A stretch of DNA of 11,384 nucleotides from an uncultured Gemmatimonadota bacterium (GTDB lineage: Bacteria; SM23-81), in contig CAZOYL010000086.1 in assembly GCA_964584035.1 (NCBI GenBank), positions 1-11,384 of the forward strand. The letters are read 5' to 3'. The notes under the pieces were generated by a model. That model searched no databases and was not told the DNA's origin. It was given only the letters and a program-made list of their open reading frames with translations. The first letter of the stretch is position 1. Every line of letters starts with the position of its first letter. The position numbers and the translations under genes were made by a program. Below, piece by piece: positions 1 to 6,419 of the stretch.

Positions 1-202
1 GGACCACCTCCAGGTGGTCGGCGGTGATATCCGCCACCCGGTGGTCCATATCCAGCTGCCCGGCGATCTGGATGGCCTTCTGGGCGCCGAAAAAGGGCGT
101 CACATAGGTCACCCCGATGATGCCGATCCCCTGATTTTGCAACACCTTAACGGCTAAAATGCTGTCCAGCCCGCCGGAAAAGAGGCCCACCCCGGTGATC
201 AC
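1..202 (-). CDS. 5' part of a PP-loop ATPase, ThiI/MnmA-like tRNA sulfurtransferase family (runs off the window edge)
   Basis: Not in the ORF track. Manual translation from GTG at 202: MITGVGLFSGGLDSILAVKVLQNQGIGIIGVTYVTPFFGAQKAIQIAGQLDMDHRVADITADHLEVV, open to the edge. SGGLDS PP-loop at residues 9-14; RBS AGGAGGAG at 207-214. Confidence 0.8.
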   Translation of the reverse strand, partial: MITGVGLFSGGLDSILAVKVLQNQGIGIIGVTYVTPFFGAQKAIQIAGQLDMDHRVADITADHLEVV

Positions 203-247
203 GGTTCTCCTCCTGTATGATCGGCGATCGTGCCCGCTGGTTCCGTC

Positions 248-276
248 AATGTAGACCGTTGCGCCGGGGATGTCAA
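248..276 (-). promoter_or_regulatory. Sigma70-type promoter for the PP-loop gene
   Basis: Minus strand TTGACA (276-271), 17-bp spacer, TACATT (253-248); lies between a terminator and the RBS. Confidence 0.7.
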
Positions 277-293
277 GGTGAATTTGGCCGAAC

Positions 294-328
294 AAAAAGC
301 CCGGATCCCCACGGGCCTCCGGGCTTTT
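294..328 (-). terminator. Intrinsic terminator after the beta-barrel gene (possibly bidirectional)
   Basis: Inverted repeat AAAAGCCCGGA (295-305) / TCCGGGCTTTT (318-328) with A/T tracts on both sides, about 22 bp past the stop at 351. Confidence 0.8.
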
Positions 329-350
329 CAGAAGCGGCTCGACGGCACCA

Positions 351-983
351 TTAAAAATGAACCAACACTCCTGCCTGCAGGGAGACATCATTGGCATCGG
401 TCTGTTCGACGACGCCGCCCACCTCGGTCTCGATGGCCTTCTTGATGGTGTGGTACTTGCCCTCCAGGTCGATGTCCAGTTTCCATCTCTTGATCGGGCT
501 TTGGTATACCCGGATGAGCAGGCCGCCGCTGATATTCCAGCCGAACTTGGTGGTGCTGTTCTGGGTCTCGCCGATATCGGTTCCCTCTATTTCCACCCGG
601 GTGCTGTAATTATAGACCCCGGCCATCGGCGCGGCATAAAACCGGATCGGCCCGGCCGGCAATTGCAGCTGGGGGCCCACGGTGAACTGCACCGCCTGAT
701 TGCGCACGGTGATGTTCACCGGGATGCCGGCCACCTGCTCCCGGTAGTTCTCCGAGCCATAGACGACGAAGGCCGCATCGACCCTGACGGCGATGGCCGG
801 CGCCAGAGGCGGGGAGAACAGGAATTTCAGCCCCATTCCACCGCCGATCTCGGAGACATTGGCGAAATCCTCCTGGGGCAGCGACAGCAGGATACCGCCC
901 CCCACACCGATATCGGCCCGGGCGCTGGAGAGGCCGATCAAGATCAATAGCATAGCTGCCGGCAGGATGACACGTCTGATCAT
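351..983 (-). CDS. Outer-membrane beta-barrel protein, 210 aa, function unknown
   Basis: Start moved from 1049 to ATG 983 (MIRRVILPAAMLL...) because of RBS AGGAGGAG at 990-997. Sec signal ending ARA-D, alternating Gly/aromatic beta-strands (GGGMGLKFLF, FGWNISGGLLI), C-terminal Phe (LQAGVLVHF) typical of BAM substrates. Confidence 0.75.
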   Translation of the reverse strand: MIRRVILPAAMLLILIGLSSARADIGVGGGILLSLPQEDFANVSEIGGGMGLKFLFSPPLAPAIAVRVDAAFVVYGSENYREQVAGIPVNITVRNQAVQFTVGPQLQLPAGPIRFYAAPMAGVYNYSTRVEIEGTDIGETQNSTTKFGWNISGGLLIRVYQSPIKRWKLDIDLEGKYHTIKKAIETEVGGVVEQTDANDVSLQAGVLVHF

Positions 984-1064
984 GGGATTCTCCTCCTCGG
1001 AGAGGACGGTTGCGATCTTCCTGAAGACCTCATCATCATTGGACCACAATGGCGCTGGAAACGT

Positions 1065-1406
1065 TTACCCTTCCACCGGATAAAACCTCAAACCATAGAG
1101 ATCCCGGCCCTCCAGCGTTCTGACGACCTCCCAGCGGGGCTGCATTTTCATGCCCATCTCGACCGCCTCGGTGCCCAGCTGTCCCAGAGCCCGAACCCCG
1201 TTGGAAAATTCCACCATGCCCAGCATCAGGGTGCGAATAGGGAAGTCCATGGGCAGAGCGTGCAGCCGGGTGAAGGTCAACAGCGTTCCCTCACCTTCTA
1301 ATGTCACCTCCGAAAATTGTCGGCCGCTGCAACCCAGACAGACCTGCCGAGCCGGATAAAAAACGCGCCCGCATTCCTCACACTGAAAACCCTTAATCGG
1401 CTCCAT
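1065..1406 (-). CDS. DUF35-family Zn-ribbon/OB-fold protein (thiolase partner subunit)
   Basis: CEEC-x10-CLGC zinc ribbon followed by OB-fold motifs (GEGTLLTFT, GMVEFSNGVRALGQL); starts 3 bp after the thiolase stop. Confidence 0.9.
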   Translation of the reverse strand: MEPIKGFQCEECGRVFYPARQVCLGCSGRQFSEVTLEGEGTLLTFTRLHALPMDFPIRTLMLGMVEFSNGVRALGQLGTEAVEMGMKMQPRWEVVRTLEGRDLYGLRFYPVEG

Positions 1407-1409
1407 AGA

Positions 1410-2600
1410 TCACTCCCGTGAAAGGACGAAGGCCAGCACATTGTTGCCGAAACCGCCGAAATTACAGCTGAATCCGTTGACGGCTCCCTCCACCTGCCGT
1501 TGACCGGCCTGCCCCCGCAGCTGCCAGGTCAGCTCCACGGCCTGGGCCACTCCGGTAGCCCCCACCGGATGCCCCCGGGACTTCAACCCCCCCGAGGGAT
1601 TGATGGGCAGCTTCCCGCCCAGGCGTGTCTGGCCCTTCTCCAGGGCCAGGTGCCCTTTGCCGACGGGAAAGAATCCGGCCTGCTCGCTCTCGACGATCTC
1701 CAGGATGGTGAAGGCGTCGTGCAGCTCGGCCACCTGGATGTCTTGGGGTTTCAAGTTCGCCATCTTGAAGGCCGCCTCGGAAGCCAGCCGCACCGCCTTA
1801 AGGTCCAGGGGATCTTCCCGCTGGTGCACCGCGTGGGTGTCGGTGGCCTGGCCGAAGCCGGCGATCCTCACCGCGGAGTGCGGGAAGTCCTTGACTCTCT
1901 CGGTCAATTTCTCGGCGGCGCACAGCAGCACGGCGGCGGCCCCGTCGCTCACCGGACAGCAGTCGTACATCCGCAGCGGCTCGGCGATGGGCGGGTTGTT
2001 CACCACCGCCTCGGGGCGATGCAGAATGCCTTCCATGGAGACGGCCTGCTGGATATGGGCGTAAGGATTCAGGGTGCCGTGCTCGTGGTTCTTCAGCGCC
2101 ACCATGGCCAGATGCTCGGAGGTAACGCCATACTTGGCCATGTGCAGCCGGGCGAACATCCCGGCCAGAGCCGGCAGGGTGACTCCGTAAATATACTCTC
2201 CCTCGGGGTGGCTCATGCTGGCCACGAAGTCAGTGGCCTCCCAGCCGGTGACGGCCCTCATCTTCTCGCCGCCGGCCACCAGGATGAGGTCGTACAGCCC
2301 GGAGGCGATGGCCAGAAAGGCGTTCTTGATGGCCGAGGCTCCCGAGGCGGGGCCGTTCTCGATGCTCTCGGCCGGCGCCGGCAGCAGATTCAACCGGTCC
2401 ACCAGTGCGCTGGCCACACCGGTCTGATGATTGAGAATACCGGCCCCCATGTTGGCCACATAGACGGCGTCCACGGGGCCTTTGTCCAGTCCGGCGTCAT
2501 CCATGGCGGCCAGGGAGGCCTCCGTCAACAAACCCAGCAGATCTTCCTCGCGGCGCCCGAAACGGGTCATGCCGCATCCGATGATGGCGACATCTCTCAT
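1410..2600 (-). CDS. Thiolase-fold protein (SCP2/archaeal-type) lacking the nucleophilic cysteine
   Basis: VAIIGCGMTRFG, GGEKM, DCCPVSDGAAA, ELHDAFT (H294), NPSGGLKSRGHPVGATG (H344). The usual nucleophile loop (e.g. EAACASG) reads ENGPASG (P84). Confidence 0.9.
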   Translation of the reverse strand: MRDVAIIGCGMTRFGRREEDLLGLLTEASLAAMDDAGLDKGPVDAVYVANMGAGILNHQTGVASALVDRLNLLPAPAESIENGPASGASAIKNAFLAIASGLYDLILVAGGEKMRAVTGWEATDFVASMSHPEGEYIYGVTLPALAGMFARLHMAKYGVTSEHLAMVALKNHEHGTLNPYAHIQQAVSMEGILHRPEAVVNNPPIAEPLRMYDCCPVSDGAAAVLLCAAEKLTERVKDFPHSAVRIAGFGQATDTHAVHQREDPLDLKAVRLASEAAFKMANLKPQDIQVAELHDAFTILEIVESEQAGFFPVGKGHLALEKGQTRLGGKLPINPSGGLKSRGHPVGATGVAQAVELTWQLRGQAGQRQVEGAVNGFSCNFGGFGNNVLAFVLSRE

Positions 2601-3286
2601 GAGCCGTTCTCCTTGGCCTTGCCCGTGACCTGCTTGACCAGCTGGGCCTCGGTAGGAATCTGAACCGTCTGGGCCGTCTTCATCAGATCCTCGGGCACAG
2701 GACGCTCTCCAACCACCAGCCGTTCCTTCGAAGCATGGTACAGCTCCGGGGTCAGAGTCCAGACATCCACCCCGCCCAGCTCGTGGGGGATGTCGGAACG
2801 CTGAATGAGGTCGTACTCCAGCATCCAGCGGCGGAACCCGATGGGGCTCTCGGCAGTGATGTAAACATACTGCTGTTTGAGATATTCGATGTGATACTCC
2901 ATCTTAGCGGCGAACAGGTGAGCCCCGACCCGCACCCCCCGCCGCAGGGCCAGGGTGTGGTAGCTGATGCCCACCCTGGGACTCAGCGTCCGTCCATTGA
3001 CCAGGCCCACCAGCAGACCGTCGATCAGGCCCACCAGGCAGTATTCATCCTTGACCCGGTAGCGCTGCCAGCCCAATAGCTCGGCAAAGGTGCGGGCGGC
3101 GACGATGTCATAGAAGTCCCGGGCCACGTAGCGCAGCGGATCGATCGCCTCCAGCAGGGCGGGAACGTCTTCCCGGGCGGCCTGGCGAACGACCATCTTC
3201 TCGCCGGTGGCCAGGAAGATGAATTTCGAAGGATAAGGGGGTAGTTTTCGCTCCGGCGGCCGGAGAACATCTTCCAGATTGGCCAT
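2597..3286 (-). CDS. Hypothetical protein, probable GNAT-fold acyltransferase, 229 aa
   Basis: Start moved to ATG 3286 (MANLEDVL) with RBS AGGAG at 3296-3300; the longer ORF start overlaps the tRNA terminator. GNAT-like pattern: VVRQAAREDVPAL, LVGLIDGLLVGLV hairpin, motif-A-like RRGVRVGAHL. ATGA overlap with the thiolase start. The CDS is well supported, the fold call only moderately. Confidence 0.65.
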   Translation of the reverse strand: MANLEDVLRPPERKLPPYPSKFIFLATGEKMVVRQAAREDVPALLEAIDPLRYVARDFYDIVAARTFAELLGWQRYRVKDEYCLVGLIDGLLVGLVNGRTLSPRVGISYHTLALRRGVRVGAHLFAAKMEYHIEYLKQQYVYITAESPIGFRRWMLEYDLIQRSDIPHELGGVDVWTLTPELYHASKERLVVGERPVPEDLMKTAQTVQIPTEAQLVKQVTGKAKENGS

Positions 3287-3329
3287 AATCGAGGTCTCCT
3301 GAGGAATATGAGGGCTGGGAATGAAGAGC

Positions 3330-3356
3330 AAAAAATAGCCCTGCTGCTGCGGGGCT
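3330..3356 (-). terminator. Probable intrinsic terminator after tRNA-Met
   Basis: Minus strand AGCCC-CGCAGCAGCA-GGGCT followed by ATTTTTT; short stem, so possibly leaky. Confidence 0.55.
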
Positions 3357-3375
3357 TCCACGACCGATAAAAGAT

Positions 3376-3452
3376 TGGTAGCGGTGCAGGGATTCGAACC
3401 CCGGACACGCGGATTATGATTCCGCTGCTCTAACCAACTGAGCTACACCGCC
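3376..3452 (-). tRNA. tRNA-Met(CAT), elongator type, CCA encoded
   Basis: GGCGGTGTAGCTCAGTTGGTTAGAGCAGCGGAATCATAATCCGCGTGTCCGGGGTTCGAATCCCTGCACCGCTACCA (77 nt) folds as a full cloverleaf. G1-U72 pair and no triple G-C in the anticodon stem exclude initiator; G4-C69/G5-C68 favour Met over Ile2. Confidence 0.95.
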
Positions 3453-3464
3453 ACCGAGATTATA

Positions 3465-3493
3465 AATTTAAGAGTACGGCGGAAGAATGTCAA
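3465..3493 (-). promoter_or_regulatory. Sigma70-type promoter for tRNA-Met
   Basis: TTGACA (3493-3488), 17-bp spacer, TAAATT (3470-3465), 12 bp upstream of the tRNA 5' end. Confidence 0.75.
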
Positions 3494-3510
3494 GAGTTTT
3501 GTTGCCCCCG

Positions 3511-5979
3511 TCACTCCTCATACAGCTCCATGGGCAGCACCGGCAGGGGCTGGCCGGGGTGTTCGGAGAACAGCCGGAGGTACTGCCAGACCGGCTCCTG
3601 GTCAATCTTTTGCGAAAAAATCCCGGGCCCGCCCAGGTCGAGCTTGAACAGCCCCTTCTCGGGCAGCTCGATGATCTCGACGTCCTCGTCGAGACCGATC
3701 CCGGCCGCCTTCCGGGCGATGCGGACGGCCAGCTCCAGGCCGCCGATCTCGTCCACCAGGCCGACCTCCCGGCCGGCCAGGCCGCTCCACACCCTGCCCT
3801 GGGCCACGGCATGCACCGCCTCCCTGTCCATCCCGCGGCCCTCGGCCACCTTGGTGATGAACAGATCGTAGGAATCCCGGATGAAACCTTCGAAACGGGC
3901 CCGCTCCTCCGGTCCCAGGGGACGGTCGGGAATCTGCAGGCCTAAAAAGGGCAGCCAGATGCCGAAGTCCACGTCGGCGTGCTGACCTCTCTTGACATGG
4001 TCGGTGGTCATGCCCAGTTTATGGCCCAGCCCCTTGTTCCACAGCCATCCCCCGAGCACCCCGATGGAGCCGGTGGTGGTGCTGGGCGCGGCCACGATGG
4101 TGGTGGCATACATAGAGATATGGTATCCGCCCGAGGCAGCCACACTGCCCTGGCTGACGACGACCGGTTTTTGGGCGGCGCACCGCCTCAGGGCTGCCGA
4201 GATGACGTCTGAAGCCATGCTTTCCCCACCGGGAGAATCCACTCGAAAGACCACCGCCCTGACCTGTCCGTCTTTCTCCAGCCGGCGGAAAATTTCCTCC
4301 AGCCGGCGGGCTCTGATGCCCCAGTCCATGGCGCAGAAACCCAGGCCGTAGACGATGGCGATGCGGGGGCGGGGGCCCCAGGCCCGGGAGGGGAATTCTT
4401 CGGCGGCCAGCATGGCGGGCCCGACCAGTTTTTTCTTCCGGCCCTCGAAAGACCTGACGATCTGTTCGGCGTCGGACCAGCGGCCCAGGGTGTCGATCAA
4501 TCCCTCGGTCACCGCCTGAGAGGCATAGAACAGCATCCCCTGGTTGATCCAGCGGTCGAAGGTCTCGGGCTCGACGCCCCGGGAGGCGCTGATCTCTCGG
4601 CGCATCACCTCGTAGCGATCGTCCACCAGGGCCTGGCGCTGCTCCCGGTCGGCCGCCGACATATCGTCGCGGGAGAACATCTCCCCGGCCGATTTATACT
4701 TATAGAACCGCATCACGTCCACGCCGAGGCCCAGCTTCTCGATCATGCCCCGGTAGTAGGTGCTGCCCATACGGCTGCCGGTCAGGAACAGATAGCCCTC
4801 CGGGTCCATGACGATGCGGTCGGCCACGCTGGCCAGATGATAGTCGATCATGCCCAGCTGATCGGCGAAGAGGACGACCCTTTTGCCTGACCGCCGCACG
4901 TCGGACAGCTTCTCGCGGATCTCCCAGGCCATCACCCTGGAGACCTGCATTCCGGAGAGGTTCACGGCCACCCCGGCGACACGGTCATCCTCGATGACGG
5001 CTTCCAGGCGAGAGAGGATCTCGCGGAGAGTCAGGGTTTCGGAATCGAAATAGCGGAATTTCCGATAGGCGATGCGGCCCTTCAGCGGCAGGGAGAGATA
5101 TCGTGTGTCCTTTTTCAGATGGCGATCGAAGACATTATCGGTATGATATCCGCTCCGCATTCCGTAGATGGTGTGGCTCCGCCTCCCTTCCTTATTATAG
5201 TGGGGAACGGCCGAAACGGTGGAGGACCCGAAACTGAAGCTGAGGCCCAGGCTGCAGGATTCATCATCGCGGTGAGACCGGTACTTGCCCCCCAGGAGGA
5301 TGCCGGGCAGCAGCTCCACTGCGGCCCCCAGGCCCCAGCCGGCATCTTCCAGGCGGTCCCGGGAGTACAGCTCGCCGTCGCCGAACAGGGTCACGGCCGG
5401 CGTCCCCAGGGGCCGCAGGGCCAGGTCGAGGACACCCCGGCGGCGATCGCTCCCGGTGGCGAAGTCCCCGGTCAACCCGATCGACAGCTGCCGCCGGGGA
5501 CGGGCGACGAACCCGGCCTGCAGGAGATTATCCCGGGGGGCGTCACCGGGATCGCCTGTAGACCAGCCGTATCCCAGACCGAAGGCCAGGGCATCCCGGC
5601 CCCCGGCCAGGCCGACGCGGTAATCGGTGATGCTCACTTTTCGCAGCAGACCGTCCCCGGCCGGAATGTTCTGGCGGTGATGCATCAGACCGAAACCCAG
5701 ATGGGGAGCGCCCAGGAAAAGACCCCAGCGGCTCAATGATTTCAGCTTGGCCCCCCGATCCGACCAGAAGGACTGATTCTCGAATCCGGGCAGCAGAGCA
5801 TACACGGCCGGATTGATATACCCGCCCAGAGCGCATCCCGACGCTCCCGGAGTGGTCAGCAGATAATCGGTGTGGGTGTAGTAGGATGGAATGGGCTCCA
5901 GGTCGGCGTTCTGATCGGATGCAGCCGGCTGAGCGATGCAAAAGGCCACCAGGGCCAAGGCAGCGACGAGCGTTTTCAT
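3511..5979 (-). CDS. sppA: Signal peptide peptidase SppA (protease IV, S49, tandem domains) with a long N-terminal extension
   Basis: YKYKSAGE (catalytic Lys region), RVDSPGG, AASGGY (catalytic Ser), TGSIGV, AQGRVWSG, GLVDEIGGLE. Cleavable signal peptide; RBS AGGAGG at 5988-5993. Confidence 0.9.
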   Translation of the reverse strand: MKTLVAALALVAFCIAQPAASDQNADLEPIPSYYTHTDYLLTTPGASGCALGGYINPAVYALLPGFENQSFWSDRGAKLKSLSRWGLFLGAPHLGFGLMHHRQNIPAGDGLLRKVSITDYRVGLAGGRDALAFGLGYGWSTGDPGDAPRDNLLQAGFVARPRRQLSIGLTGDFATGSDRRRGVLDLALRPLGTPAVTLFGDGELYSRDRLEDAGWGLGAAVELLPGILLGGKYRSHRDDESCSLGLSFSFGSSTVSAVPHYNKEGRRSHTIYGMRSGYHTDNVFDRHLKKDTRYLSLPLKGRIAYRKFRYFDSETLTLREILSRLEAVIEDDRVAGVAVNLSGMQVSRVMAWEIREKLSDVRRSGKRVVLFADQLGMIDYHLASVADRIVMDPEGYLFLTGSRMGSTYYRGMIEKLGLGVDVMRFYKYKSAGEMFSRDDMSAADREQRQALVDDRYEVMRREISASRGVEPETFDRWINQGMLFYASQAVTEGLIDTLGRWSDAEQIVRSFEGRKKKLVGPAMLAAEEFPSRAWGPRPRIAIVYGLGFCAMDWGIRARRLEEIFRRLEKDGQVRAVVFRVDSPGGESMASDVISAALRRCAAQKPVVVSQGSVAASGGYHISMYATTIVAAPSTTTGSIGVLGGWLWNKGLGHKLGMTTDHVKRGQHADVDFGIWLPFLGLQIPDRPLGPEERARFEGFIRDSYDLFITKVAEGRGMDREAVHAVAQGRVWSGLAGREVGLVDEIGGLELAVRIARKAAGIGLDEDVEIIELPEKGLFKLDLGGPGIFSQKIDQEPVWQYLRLFSEHPGQPLPVLPMELYEE

Positions 5980-6005
5980 CGGCCGGACCTCCTGTGGAAA
6001 GGTAT

Positions 6006-6038
6006 AAAAAAGGGAGCGAACGGTTACGCTCGCCCCCC
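6006..6038 (-). terminator. Intrinsic terminator after the GYD gene
   Basis: Minus strand GGGGGCGAGCG-TAAC-CGTTCGCTCCC (11-bp stem with two G-U pairs) followed by TTTTTT. Confidence 0.75.
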
Positions 6039-6085
6039 TGAGCGATACAAACGGTCTGATTCATTTGCCGCCGGAGCCGAAAGGT

Positions 6086-6373
6086 TCATAGCGACTCTAT
6101 AAACTCATCCCAGACCACGGCCGGCATGGTCTCCGTGGAAGCGTGGCCGTAGGCTCTGATGATGCCGGCCGCCCGGGCCACATCCTTGGGATCCTGGGCC
6201 TCGACGATGTCGAGAACATCGAAGCGGCCGAATAATCCGTAGCTGCCCTTCCAGACGATGTCGGGACACTCGCTGCGTATCTTCTCCCCCACCTTTCGCG
6301 CCAGCTTGCGGAATTCGTCGGGATCGTTGAATGACTTCGGAGAAACGCGGCTGAGAATCACATAGATCGCCAT
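6086..6373 (-). CDS. GYD-domain protein (small ferredoxin-like fold), 95 aa
   Basis: MAIYVILSR start, YGLFGRFDVLDIVEA (G-Y/F-D signature), GHASTETMPA ending; RBS AGGAGG just upstream. Confidence 0.85.
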   Translation of the reverse strand: MAIYVILSRVSPKSFNDPDEFRKLARKVGEKIRSECPDIVWKGSYGLFGRFDVLDIVEAQDPKDVARAAGIIRAYGHASTETMPAVVWDEFIESL

Positions 6374-6419
6374 GGTTCCCTCCTGTGGATGTAGTGACCG
6401 TCGATAAAGGCCGTAATGG

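Noticed and set aside
984..1049. Upstream starts given by the ORF track (1049; likewise 3361, 8165, 10501, 11368)
   Set aside because: Downstream ATGs have clear Shine-Dalgarno sites and, for the exported proteins, put the signal peptide at the N-terminus; 11368 is an internal codon of the edge-truncated nrdJ.
1500..2663. 387-aa plus-strand ORF, and other long antisense ORFs such as 357-950, 5119-5739, 6471-7088 and 9011-10123
   Set aside because: They lie antisense to well-supported genes and have no recognisable motifs; typical shadow ORFs of GC-rich coding DNA.
3376..3452. tRNA-Met as an integration site for an island or prophage
   Set aside because: No integrase and no duplicated tRNA 3' end seen in the window.
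3992..4020. Plus-strand TTGACA inside sppA (and another at 7810-7815)
   Set aside because: No convincing -10 at 16-18 bp spacing and no plus-strand gene to drive.
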